From the NCBI GenBank assembly GCA_012295275.1, contig CM022669.1:3100001-3164000 (forward strand): a stretch of DNA of 64,000 nucleotides, written 5' to 3'. Both the position numbers and the translations under genes were made by a program. This stretch comes from Chrysomallon squamiferum (Eukaryota > Animalia > Mollusca). Shown in pieces: positions 43,089 through 56,923 of this stretch. Position 1 is the first letter of the stretch. The number at the start of each line of letters is the position of its first letter. The notes beneath the pieces are model-generated. The model ran no database searches. It saw nothing but the letters and a program-made list of their open reading frames with translations, and had not been told where the DNA came from.

Positions 43089-43894
43089 CCTTATATACTT
43101 GTGTATAAGTCGAATTTTTGGGAGACTATATTAAGGTAATATTTTTGGGGTCGACTTATACATAGGTAATGCTTTTGTAGCTGTTGCTGAAGAGTCGCCA
43201 TTTTGACTATTTTTTGCTACGGGAGGCATCTAAAATAATCGCGGTCTTTCAGCTTTTCAAAAATATAATTTTATCGTATAAAACATTTAGAAACATTAAA
43301 TAACAAAACCAAATATGAATGTAAAACATGATATTCTTCCGTTTAATGACATAAAAATACATTTTAAAGCGAGAAAACCGTCAATACGGCGTTATGCCTT
43401 ACGGCGTCTTGTAATGATCTAGGAATGCAGACTTCTCTGCCAAATTGCACTAAATATCGGTCCTAATTTCATAAACAAAACTCACTTGTGTAATTGTAAA
43501 GAATTTGGTGAAATAATATTGCAATCATCATTAATATCCACTACCGACAAATCGAAAACAAACTAAATTTCTATAAACGTTCTGCAACAAAAATCAGTTC
43601 AACTTCTCGCCATATTTGAGATACTATTTATGATACATTTAGGCTATAGCTCGTGTAATACATGCATTTACGTTATTATGGTATGTTCGTGCAAGTTACA
43701 GCTCGTGCAAGTTATGTTACGGTAGGCGTACAATGTAGGCCTTCATGGCACTGTCACACTGGTCTAAAAATAGTGACGGTGCCTGGAATCTACAGACTAC
43801 TTATACACAAGTAATACCTAAAATGACGCAAGTTTTGGTCTTAAAATACACATCGACTTATACATAAGGTCGCCTTGTACACAAGTATATACGG
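43089..43894. mobile_element. Non-autonomous Tc1/mariner-superfamily (Tc2-like) TIR element
   Basis: Left end ccttatatacttgtgtataagtcga versus reverse complement of right end ccgtatatacttgtgtacaaggcga. TA on both sides (43087-43088, 43895-43896) and internal tcgacttatac sub-repeats near both ends. No ORF. Confidence 0.8.
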
Positions 43895-43998
43895 TAATAA
43901 TTATGTATGATTTCATTTGATAGATCATATATATATATATGGCTTAATATGAAAGGTAATATGTATAATAGATAATATGTATGATGATATGTGTGGTG

Positions 43999-44037
<39 letters not shown>

Positions 44038-44194
44038 GTATGGTATGATATTATAGACACAATGATTGATATAATGTGATATATAATATGTATAGGTATG
44101 ATATGATAGATAATATTATGTGTGTATAATAATAATGCGTACTTAGAAGTTTGAGGGGGAAACATGCAATGAATTTTTGTTTTCCATACTTTAC

Positions 44195-44241
44195 CTTACA
44201 GAAGGAAATATTCGTAACTTCTTAAATATTGCTCAACTTAC
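44195..44241 (-). other. Candidate recursive splice site / 47-nt cryptic exon beginning at AG|GTAAGT
   Basis: ctttctttgtttttcAG| directly followed by GTAAGT; downstream donor AAG|gtaaag at 44194. Stops in all three frames. Confidence 0.45.
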
Positions 44242-47200
44242 CTGAAAAACAAAGAAAGATATATAAGTAAACAAGCAAAATAAAATAAAATTAAACATAT
44301 TTTTGTTTTAATAATATATTTATTCTCTTAATATTTAATTTTAGGTACAGTTTTAGTCTTTAAATAAAAATGTTTTAGATACATATACGTATACAAACAC
44401 AATGCACGTAAAACACAACTCACAATATTTAGCTTATATATTCATTTATACAATCAAATACAAAGATTCACACACGTTCAATATAAAAATCCAACATATA
44501 GAAACAACACACACACACAGATTTCTTTTTTTGTTATTTTCAAAAGAGAGCTATATTTATTTATATCTTTATTTATGCTGCATTATTATCTATTTATTTT
44601 ATTCATTCCAATATCGTTTCTCAACTGTTTTTTTTTTTTAATTATTATTATTTGATACCAAACAAACTTTGTACAACAAAAATACTGTCTAAAATCAGTA
44701 ATCTAATGCAGAAGTATACGAATGTATTAATACGAACATCTGGCCCTAAATACCGCTAATACAATACTTGTCGATAGATGCAAATATGTACAAAATGTAT
44801 AAATATGGTCCTGAACAAACAATTATATATAACCTATATATATCCAAGGCACCATTTTATGGTCCCGTTTTGAGTTTTCATATTTTTATATTCAGTTTAC
44901 ATTGAATTAGTCATAAATAGTGAACATTTAGGGTTTGTCATACTTCAGAGAACGCTCCAAAATGAGCAAACTAAGAATACATTGTATTAGTCCAAGCATG
45001 ATCCTTGACGTCAGACAGCTTAATTACACACACACAGTAGCCAACCAATGACGTGATCAACAGGATGGTTAATATAAAATACGTAACTCATTACGTTAGT
45101 CAGAAAGCGTTAATCACTTGCTCTGATTAGCACGTTAATTTTTTTCCTATTCCTATTCCTATTACGTTAGTCAAGAGCGTCTGAAAATAATCGGTATACT
45201 GTAACTTGTTATTTCTAACAAAAGTAGTGACATGTACTTAACATAGTTTCCAGCAGTACAGTAGTAACTGTAATACATTTCCGTTGATAATGTTATTATT
45301 TCGTCGTCGTCATCTTCGCCTTGGTCATCATAATTCATAATTATCATCAATCATCATAATATTGATTATAAATCATAACAATAATCTTTATTATTACTTC
45401 TACTACTGCTAATACTTATATTACTACACTGCTATTACCGGTACAGCTACTAGTAATATTGGTGGTAATAAAAGTATCAGTAGTAACAAGGGTAGTAGAA
45501 ATAGTAGTAGTACAGTATTAATAACAGAGTAAAAGTGTTAGTAGAAGTGTAGTATTTTGTCAAGGCCTCATAGATTGTTTCAAATGTATTTGTATTGTTG
45601 TTTTGTGTAACTATAATTTTCAAATACATGTTCTGTATTGTTATGTTGCATGTTTATATGTGATGATTCTGAATACATCTTTCAAAATAAAGTGGGATAA
45701 CGTGGGATATCAAAGCCGCCAGGTTATGGTGGATAAATATTTATACCTATATCCATATAACACGTTTCTGTTATTATTGTTATTATTATCATTATTATTG
45801 TTGTTTTTGTTATTATTATATTCTGTAACGCTCTATCGACTTATCAGTGCTTCTGATCTCAAACTGTTCATTTCAGAGTAATTAAACATAATTCTAAAAT
45901 TATTATGTAGGATATCCTAGCAATATCAACAACAAAAACAACAGCAAAACTACTACTCTACTTCTCTACTGCTACCGTTGCTACTACTGCTACTACTACT
46001 ACTACTACTGCTACTACTACTGCTGCTGCTGCTGCTACTACTACTACTAATAATAATAACGACAACGATATTTAATTTAAATTTTTTTTTAAAAGAAAAA
46101 ATTAAAAATTAAAAAATCAAAAAAAGAAAAAGGACGATAAGAAAGAAGACAATTTTGTTTAGATATTTTTAATAACAATATTTAATGATTTGTACAAAAA
46201 CCAGAAAATTATGCAATAGTTCCTGATTTCGGATGATGTGCTTGAAACGGTTATGCATGCAAAACAAACTTTTTCTTACCTAACTACTGGACCATTAGCA
46301 TATTAAATCCCGAAAAGAAATCAACACAGACGTTGCTAATGACTCAGTTCAACTCGGTAACTATACATTACGTTGCTACGTAGATGGCTCGTAGAGGGTT
46401 TATGACGTCATAAGGTCATGACCTCGCATTAGAAACTTGCAGCTCAAAACAGATATGAAGATCGGTTCTAGCGATATTTTTTTGTTTTTTTTAATTTTAT
46501 TAGTTAGTTATTTGGTTATTTAAATAATTATTAATGTTGTTATTACGTAAAGTGATTAATTGTTATTGTTGTTTCTGAATGCAGAAGATTCATTCTTACA
46601 AACAGCGGCTGACTTGTGTATTATCATCATCATCGTTGTTTTTGTTGTTTTTTCTGTTGCTGTTGTTATTTATTTATTTTTTTGCAGTGTTGTTTTATTG
46701 TTGGTTGTTGTTGTTGTTGTTTCTTTTTATTGTTCTTAAACTGAATTTAATTTTTATGCAACAGTTTTTTCAGGTAACTAAAATAACAAAAAACAACAAA
46801 AAAGGCGTCATCACAGATCCAAGTTGACAAAGTGAAATTTGCCATTTCTCTAGCACATTTATTCAATTAGAAATCAACAGAAAACGTATGGTTTTCATAC
46901 ATATAGATATATTCAATAAGTGTTTTAAATAAATTTATACTAAATGATGCTATAATGCTCAACTGATTTTGTTTACGTAAGTAATTGAGCGGCAATAAAG
47001 TTCATTAAAAAGTATTGAATATTCATGGATTAGTTTACATATAATAATGAACACGACTTACAGCTATTTGTCTGACTGATATCGGGCGATTTCGCTCAGA
47101 TGGCAGAATTGAATGTTTTTTGTTTTTTAAAATACGGTTTTCTATAATCAAAACTTTATCGTTACGGGTTTCGCGTGCGTCATATCAGGATTGGTTTTGT

Positions 47201-47827
47201 GACCTGATTTTTTTTCAGATGAAGAAAACTGTCCGTTTTTTTATGTGTTTCTGTTTGGTAATTATTAAAGTCGGCAACAAACAGAAGAGATCTATAACAA
47301 AGTTTTAATATGTTACGGCATTCCTTAACCTTTTTAATAATAATAATAATAATAAATAAATAAATAAATAAATAAAAAAATAAAAAAAAAATAAAAATTA
47401 TTAATTTAGAAAAAAAAAATTTGGGGGGGGTTGTTGGTTATTTTTGGGGTTGTTGTTGTTGTTTTTTAAGTCTCTGTTAGAATATCTGTATGACAATGCG
47501 GTGGTTCAGTATATTACTTTACATGGCCTAACTACACTCTTTGTGAAATGAGGCAAAAACACTTAATCGCCGAGCGGAGCGGGGCAAACAAGTTTGGGCG
47601 AGAAGTCTGCTGGTCGCGAAACTCTGACTTGAAACAGCAAAATCCGTGATTCTTGTGATTTATATTTTATATTTCTTAAATAAACTACAAACTATAGAAA
47701 AAAATATTGTTAGTACTGTTGTTGTTATTATTATTATTTGCTATTACAGCTACTGATGCTACTATTACTACTATTGCTGCTGCTGCTGCTGTTGTTGTTG
47801 ATGATGTTCTTATTATTCTTATTATTC

Positions 47828-47862
<35 letters not shown>

Positions 47863-49047
47863 TACAAACTCCTTTCAGTTCCTGATATCATTTCAGCTGG
47901 GTTAAAATGATTGAAGTTAGCAGACGACGGACACACGAAAGAAAATTAATTTTTTTGAGGATGTGTGTTTATTACTTGTTTCAAATGTGACTGACATTTT
48001 ACTTGCCTTATTTGTGCGTGGCAAACGATACAGTTGTTATCATTGTTACCTTTCTCGCATTCTTGTATTAAGTCTGGCCCATCGTATGAAACATAATAAA
48101 TAAAATATGACGTCGTCAAACATTCTAAGATTTGTGTCACAGCAAATGTTAGTACAAAGGAAGAGGGTTCTCTGACGTGTTCTTACAAAATAAACACTAA
48201 AAATGTTTTATCCTAATCTTATACTCGTATAACGAGTAAACATCTTGACAGAATTGTTTATTGATAACACTGTGTTCTCGAGTTAGAATACAGAGCAGTG
48301 CACTGAGTACAAAGATAATGATAATTAAAATGGGCTATGATCACAACTAAATCCTTGGGCGTTATTATATTATAAATAATGTGCAGTTCTAAAAACAGTC
48401 AGTGCAGACAAATTAGAAGTCTCAAAACTATGTCAGTAGGTGCTTGCATTGGTTTTGTGAGAGAGAGAGAGAAGGAAAAAGGTCAGAACATAAGACTTTT
48501 AATCGTTTACTGTTCATCAAATCAGTTTAACGTCCAGTGTATCTACTGCCAGTCTTTCATAACCTAAACAGCAGTAACTGTGATGTGTATGCGAAGGTTA
48601 CGTTACCACCCTTCTATCAGAAAACTGCTGGAAGATGCCTAACATCTGAGAGTTCTGCAAATGTTTCTAAAGTCACACTTTAATTATGTCACTCTCTGAA
48701 TTTATCTAACAGAAATAAACACATAACTGACATGTCCAAATACTGTAGTTAGAGATTATTTGCTGTTTGTATAAATTCTGGAGCATAAAGGTAATAATAC
48801 TTTAAAAACATCTTAGTGAAGATGTTACTATAATGTACAACAATGCAGACTGCAAAAACAATGTTGATAAAAACATTATTTTATTGATAACTTGAAAATC
48901 TTTGATTATTATTCATTTTTTTCCTCTTTGTTTTTTTGAAATTGAATAATGTACACGTGGCATTGCTTTAAGTACTCGCTGAGTCAGCGCGCACGCACAC
49001 CGCACACACACACACACATGCAACCATTTATATATGTGTGTGTGTGT

Positions 49048-49098
<51 letters not shown>

Positions 49099-49208
49099 TA
49101 TGCAGACACATACTCTCATAAAAGAAAGAACCAAACAAACAATTCTAAAATCAATGCTCATGGGTATAATTAGGTAAGTAATCATTATGTGTGGGTGGGG
49201 CTGGTTAT

Positions 49209-49267
<59 letters not shown>

Positions 49268-50118
49268 TATATAGGTATGAGAAAGAGAGAGAAAGAATGC
49301 AGAAAAAGGGGAGAAATATACAGGAGTGGGGCATACATGAGTGAAAAGTCTTATTACTATCAGATTAAAGTATAATAAATCTTGTTTTATATTTCTGATA
49401 CACGTCGTGTCTTAAAAGACGCATGTTTATCGACTAATAAATAATGTTTTCTTTATTTTAGAAGATTAATAGAAAAAGAATGCAGTAGTTAATTTTCGAA
49501 CATTGGATGGTATATAATCAGTATTACTGGTACAGGCTTCCAGAATAATAATAATACATACATACATACATACATACATACATACATACATACATACATA
49601 CATACATACATACATACATACATACATACCATAAATAAATAAATAAATAAATAATATCCACCTTTTTTATATTCACGTTTAGGAAAGCATACACCGAGAT
49701 CTGTCTAGAAATAGCCCACAAGGGGGTGAACCAGTTACACTGAACCTGTAAATATAGGTCAGTGGTTTTTCTAGGGTAACTAAAACATATTTTGATCGGG
49801 GAGGGTGACATGACTTATTTGTTTTTGTTTGTTTTACATTGTTATCGCTAGTAGTTTCTTTACATTAAACAACAATAACACTGGTGTTCATTAGCAAAAA
49901 CAAAAAGTTAGACAGTGATATAACTTTATATTCATACACAGTAAGTGATCGGCAATTTATATTAACACAAAATTCTAGAATGGCACCAACACCTTTGTTC
50001 GAACTGTTTAATTCTCTTTATCACGTATATACATACAGCTGTTAGATAAAGTCAAATAACGAGCGCCAGTGTTAAGACGTCGGAAGGAAGTATCACACTA
50101 CAGTTACACTGCATCGGA

Positions 50119-50217
50119 CATAATACTAGTTTAGATTACTCTGATAAAGATTCATAATACTAGTTTAGATCACTCTGATAAAGATTCATAATAGTCGTTA
50201 AGATTCTCTGATAAAGG
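50119..50217. repeat. 34-bp tandem repeat x3 (CATAATACTAGTTTAGATTACTCTGATAAAGATT)
   Basis: Two near-perfect units and one degenerate unit, abutting a SINE-like fragment. Confidence 0.85.
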
Positions 50218-50300
50218 AAACACGCTGTCACCACTTCACAGACTACTCACTGCGATTAGCGGTGAGTGACCGGTTACATGCGTCATCTTTGTTACGTTGT
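50213..50300 (+). mobile_element. Degenerate Nin-type SINE core fragment (related fragments near 38790-38830, 61008-61082 inverted, 62910-62972)
   Basis: ggaaacacgctgtcaccacttcacagactactcactgcgattagcgg shares the ctact...gattagc core with gctattcctaccgattagcggcaagg (about 62937) and gggctactttactgattagcaac (about 38790). Family assignment is from memory. Confidence 0.45.
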
Positions 50301-50403
50301 TACACCAGTTGTTACACAAGCTGTTAGTCTATAACAGCGGTGGCAAAACTCTGATGCTGGGCATGTAAATACTTTTATATCTTAGTCATTTTTACATCTT
50401 GAA

Positions 50404-50741
50404 ATGGTACCCTCACTCTTAAAAATGCAGCGAAGAACTTTAGATTTAAACGAACGTATCTTCGTTATTAAGAATTACTATGCAATGACTAGCTACAAGC
50501 ATGTTGAAGAAAGATGGGAAGTACACTTTAGAACACCTGTACCGAGTAAATTGACAATGTTCAATCTTGAAGTAACTGGAAGTGTGTCAAATGCTCCTAA
50601 AAAAATTCGTCCAAAAACAGTGATTGTATTGAAGTTCAAGGTAGACATTTTGAACATTTGTAAATAAATATACAGATTAAATTTGTGTTTTTAATATAAT
50701 TTTATCTAAGTTTGCGGTTCTGTTACTTTTGGGACACCCGG
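50404..50741 (+). mobile_element. Tc1/mariner-type transposase remnant (N-terminal HTH, DUF4817-like) with right TIR
   Basis: LNERIFVIKNYY..TSY..V...W...F....PS..T..NL/EVTGSV..APK..RPKTV matches the ERIF..Y...TGSV....GRP pattern of these transposases. The catalytic domain is absent; followed by a cttttgggacacccgg TIR-like end. Confidence 0.7.
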
Positions 50742-51248
50742 TGTACTTGGTAGAAGTTATATGATTAGCAGTTCAGTCAGCCGTGACCTGTGTCCTTATA
50801 AGATGCTGCCCGAGGACCCCCTTTATGTAAAAAAACAAAGAATCACAGACATGTTTTTATTATTATTTAAAAGAATTAACCGTGAAGACATACAGGTTGA
50901 CCCAGAGGCTCATTTCAGGGTGTTGTCTACAATAACTACTGGTAATAATTATACTGAGAAAGATTAGTCTGTGACTCGGGTGTTATTTAGTGTAACTACA
51001 GAAATTAATGTACAAACAATAACATTATTATGATGATGATTATGATGATTGGTTTGGGTATGATTTCCACATACTAATAGGTTGACAACAGTTAATAATT
51101 TCATACGGAAATCCGATAAGAATACTGATTTCGAAGACTATTTGTAAATTAAACTGTCACTTACCTTTATCTAAATGCAGTAGAGCCTTTGTATATATTG
51201 TTATTATTATTTTGTATATTTACTATTCTATTTGTTTAACTTATATAT

Positions 51249-51437
51249 GCTTTGGTCTGCGCATCATCCTATGAACTGTATTATTAATTAGCTGTGTGTG
51301 TATGCGTGTGTGTATGTTTGTATGTGTGTTTATGTATGTGTGTGTATGTGTGGTATTGTATTATGTAATATACATAGAAATAATTAATTCGCTGACCACG
51401 AAAACGTAAATAATCTAAAATTTATATGAGTAACACT

Positions 51438-51482
<45 letters not shown>

Positions 51483-52706
51483 GCAAGAATAATACCATAA
51501 AACAGTTTGATGCAGTGATTACAATGACTCGATCAGTTTGGATTATGCTTTGTTCATGTCTCTGTGAGTAATATATATATATATATACAGATATCAGAAG
51601 TCACAGCTGCCCGTCCAGACACTTAGGAATTTCTTCTTTCTGTCTTCATAGCCCTTTAAGCAGTAAATACTTTTTAATTTTATTGTTCTTTGTGTGTTTG
51701 AGAAAATAGTATAGTAATAGGAATAGTAATATTATTAAAATAAATAAATAAATATAAAATAAGATTTAAAAAATGTATACTATACGCTACCTTTGACCTT
51801 AAGTCAGACAAGTATAGGAACTATAATTTTTAGCAAGTACTACATTCCGTTTCTTTTTTCAAATTAATCCTTATGATACCAAATTAATACTGGCTTAAGA
51901 GATAACCCAGGTTTTTGATTCGTAGATCGATTATTTCAATCGGTTAGTTTTATTCAGTTTTTATAAGTTAACAGATTCGTAACATTTTTCAGAGCAGTTG
52001 TGGCCAACAGTCCAGTTTTTGCAGGTTTTATTCCATGGATATAAGAGAACTTGACCAAGGGGGCAGAAAAGTTGTATTGTCGAAATTTTACATTGATAAA
52101 ATTAAAAGTATAAGTCTAAATAGAAAGCCATTTTATCACAACCCAGAACTTAACAGAAATATTATGTTTGGGACGGCTTTTTTCTGGCTTTTTATCAAGA
52201 AAAAATGTCCACCGTTTTGCCCTAATCTTGGAAGGCACCCTCACTGATTCGTACACCCATGTTTGTTCGCAAAAACTCGACGCTTTTTGTAAACTGATCA
52301 AACGTATCAAATGTAGACCAGTCACGATCAAAATCTCCTAAAGAATTCAACTTTCTTAACTCAAAATTCTTAACTAGCTTTCACTAAAAGAAAGTTTAAA
52401 GGAAAATAGTCTGGCAAAAAATGTAATCTCCTTTGAGGTTGTATTCATTTATTTTGTTATTTCCAGTCACTGATATCAGGGAAATATGAAGTTGTGAAGA
52501 CACTGTATATGTAAGCAGTCTCTCGGCTACTTAAAACTTACAGAAAAAGATATTTACATTTCTCCACATTTATAACATCTACTGTTAGTCTCGGAGTTGA
52601 TTTTCAAATCAGAGTCCAAGAAACTGATTTCGCAGCATGCGAAATAGTCAGGTTTAATGATAGCTTTGGTCTGCGCATCATCCTATGAACTGTATTATTA
52701 ATTAGC

Positions 52707-52740
<34 letters not shown>

Positions 52741-52820
52741 GTATTGTGTTATGTAGGGATAATTAATAAGTAGGGATAATTAATTCGCGAACCACGAAAA
52801 CGTAAATAATCTAAAATGTC

Positions 52821-52876
<56 letters not shown>

Positions 52877-52967
52877 GCAACAACAATACCATAAAACAAT
52901 TTGATGCAGTGATTACAATGACTCGATCAGTTTGGATTATGCTTTGTTCATATCTCTGTGAGTAATA
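51249..52967 (+). repeat. Local about 310-bp dispersed direct repeat (51249-51573 and 52663-52967)
   Basis: Both copies run from gctttggtctgcgcatcatcctatgaac to ctctgtgagtaata and differ mainly in the internal (TG)n and (AAT)n tracts. Confidence 0.92.
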
Positions 52968-54721
52968 AGCAATCCAAGGACTATTTAGTGATTTATGATT
53001 ATTAAATTATTATTTATCTCTGTTTTTATTTCATGGAAACGTATATAATAATTATAAAGAATATACAAATTGACCGGCATATATTTACAGAATCTGAAGT
53101 TGCAGTTAGAATTAATTTGATAACAACTATATTACGGAGTAGTGTATAATTATGAAAATTGATAGTTTCAGTATATTTCAGCTAGGATCACAATTAAAGT
53201 AGCGCTTCGTGAGTTTTTGCCAGTAAAAATGTTAGCTAAAATAATGCGAAACCGATACTGATAATTCGAATAAAATCTTTGTTTATGTCTTTTTTATTTA
53301 CTTTACTCATTCACTTTCTTATCCCGAAAATAAAAAGTCTATGACTGATGAACAAAATTCTATGAACAGGAAATATACTTACTCAAGATTTCACTTTTAA
53401 AATGAACATTTTATGTTATCTTTATTGTCATCAAATAATGTATGATCCTTTCGATTGTATAAATTATTTTGTGACTCGAAATCACAACACTCAAGGCTAA
53501 ATACTTTCAGAAAAAAACTAGCCCGCACATTCTCTTACAGCCGTTGCTATGGTGTTTGAGTGTCCGCGACGCTCTGGATTCTTATGACGTCACAAAAGAT
53601 TGTTTACGTCGTAGCTACCTACATCCGTATAAACAAGCGATTGTTTGAACGCAAACCTGGTATGCTGGTAAGTTGCTGGTATGGCAAGATATACAAAAAC
53701 TAAATGTCCAGACAAGGCCAGTTAGAACGAAGTGTGAAGTATTTGTTTATATCGAACTGTAAATGCGTTAACCCTTTCTCTCTGGCTTTGTTCATTCATT
53801 ACAGAGTTCATAAATATCTGAAGATCGTCAGAGGCTTTGGTAGAGTTAAGTACAATTAGGCCGTTATCATTGTGGTGGAAATCACTTCCACGGTGATCCT
53901 TTATATACATAATCTTTATATATGGTCACGATTGTGCTCGAGTGTTTTTTGTATGAGTATTTGTGTTTGTGTAATTTCATGTTTGTATCAGTATGTGAAC
54001 GTAGGCATATGACTTCTTCAGTTAATTATTTTGTTATTTCTGATCCTTTTTATCGCTTTCATTTTTTTTATAACCTTATCTTTTTTCTTTTTTTATCTTT
54101 TAATACAAATATGTTTAATTCATCGTTTTAAATTGTTAATATTTTTATATCATATCGATTGTTACGATCTGTGCCTGCTAGTTAATGTGTAACCTTTAAA
54201 GGGAGATAACTAAAAATACTGGTCTGTATAAGCCCTGGCTACAACAGTGACAGGAAAACGAAGTGTTGATTGAGTCAAGAAGACAGTGACCACAGCAGAT
54301 GCTGAACACAAAACCTAGCTAAACATCTAGAAAGTAGCTTTCGTAATGACGTGAATTAAATCTGCAAATTCACACAGTCTCCCTTTTTCTTTGTTGTCTG
54401 TCATTTTTCTTAAATTTCTTTTCAGCCTACTTTCACGCATACGTCTGCTGGCACTTAATCACTTAGACACAAACTTATAATACACACACGTACAGATACA
54501 CCCTTCTTCATTTTAAGTGTTCTGTATATATTTATTTCATTTAGAAGACATGGTTTTTTGTACTGACAAACTATTAAGGAAAATATGTGGATCACCGCAT
54601 CTAATAACTTTAAGAAAGATATTAATGACTTCATTATTAAATAACACTTTATAGAGCATCCACTGTCTAAATCAAGCTGGACTAATTAACAAAAATAAAT
54701 AAATATAAATAAATAATAATG

Positions 54722-54778
<57 letters not shown>

Positions 54779-55400
54779 TAAACACACACACACACATCGA
54801 TTTAAAAAGAAAGAAAGAAAAACGGTATCTTATATTATGTGGAACTGGCATATTTATTTTGATTGGATATTATTTTTAAAAATAAAAAATATAAAAAATT
54901 AAAATCAAAATGAATTAATATATAAATATAAACAAATATACATATATATATATATATATATATATTTAAATATGACTCTTTCGCCTAATAATGCTTATAA
55001 ACAGAAGGGTTCCTTAGTAACATATGAACTGTTTAGTTTTAACTGAATTTGATGATAACACTTTATCTTTTTAATTTTGGAAGACTCTGCACATTAATAC
55101 CCAGAATGAATGAATGGAATAATGACCCGAATGATGTCTGTACATTATAATACTACTGCAACAACTAAGAAAACAAATTAAAAACAGACATTAACATTTA
55201 GGCAGAAAGTAAAATAACTATATAACTTATTTTAAAAGATCTAAAGCAGAGAGAGAGTATGTGTGCGTGCCTGTGCGTGTGTATGTATCAAGTGCCTAAA
55301 TGTTAATTAGGATGCATTTATGTCATGAAGAAATAAAGAAACAACAATCAAATTCTGCCTTATGAAAAAGTGTATAACCGTTATATCATTAATTTTAATT

Positions 55401-55488
<88 letters not shown>

Positions 55489-56884
55489 CAAAAAGGAAGA
55501 TTTAGCTGTGAAGTTTTGACCATGCATCATTTAAACGCTGTTTGTATGTTCGTCTACACAGAGAAGAAAACACATGGTTGTAATGGTTTTGATAATTAAG
55601 TGAAGTATGGAAAATATAAGAATGCAGGCGCTGAGACAGATCGATCTTTCGACACCTGGCATCTCAGACTTCTATGAAGAAGTGATTATAAAGTTAAATT
55701 TTACCTAATTTGCAGTTCTAAACTGAGCCTCACGGGTTATATTTAATGATGTCTAACTACTCTGTTTCTGAGTAATAACAAAATTACATTACATAATTTT
55801 AATGATTATTGTCTTGACAAGCAACAAAGCGATGCATTTCTTCACACACACACATATACATATGTACGTCCATATACATAAATACATACATAAATTCATA
55901 CATACACACATACATACATACATACATACATACATACATACAAAAAAATTGATTCTGATAAGAAAATTTCATTTCAGAACATTAAATTTAAATTATAATA
56001 ATAATGTAACGATTTCTGTTGTTTGTTTGTTGTTGTTGTTTTTTTTGTTTTTATTTGATTGAAAATCTATCTGTAATGTCAGTTTAAGATTACTGAGTCA
56101 GGTATACCAGTGTATGAAAACAATAATTTAAGAAACATGCTAACAACAATCTTCTGATAGGGTGTGGAACACGAGAAAAAACATATTGCACAAAAGAAAA
56201 AAAATTAAAAGAAATTTCGACAACAACAAATGATTATACGCCTAATGAGCGCAACGGATTGTAGGTGACGTCATCTACAAACGAACACAAAGCTAAACAC
56301 GACAACTCCAAACCGTTTTGCATTGTTTCATTTGTTAAACAATCACTGCCTAAGTCCTGTCTAAAGAAACAGAAAGAGTTTTATTCTGAAAACACGGTTA
56401 AACCCATGCGTGCAGAATTACCTCAGATTTGCAGTGTTTGCTCAGCGAGTCCGCCAGATTAACGGCAAAAGAATCGACAGTCACCCGCCCAAGGTGTGGT
56501 AATTATACCTGGCGAAATAATCTGTCGAAAGTCATCTTTAAACTTATCTTTCAAAGAAACCAACGAAGGGCAATAAAAATAAATCAGTTTAGATAACAGT
56601 TGTATTATAAAGGTTGTCTCTATGAAGTTCTGTCTCTCTCCTCCTGTATGATGAACAGACTTTGATTTCTTTCGCCAAAAGAGAATCTTAAAACTGGGAT
56701 GTACGTGTCTGGCTTCAGTCTTGTTTCGCCTTAACATATAACAGTCGCCTTGAAGTTATCCTTTTACTCTCTGAAACAAACAAAACGTTCTTTTCTCCCA
56801 GTGCTAGGAGTTTAACAACTGCTTACTGAATTAGAAACTGTTTTAGGCGTTCGTTGACTGGATGTTTTGTTTGTTTTAGCAATC

Positions 56885-56923
<39 letters not shown>

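Larger units (their letters stand above)
40400..44130. repeat. Old degenerate AT-rich tandem array (core GTGATATGATAGATAATATGTAT) interrupted by two DNA transposons
   Basis: Recurrent tgatagataat core at about 25-bp spacing in 40950-41600, continuing to 42170 and resuming after 43896. Confidence 0.8.
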
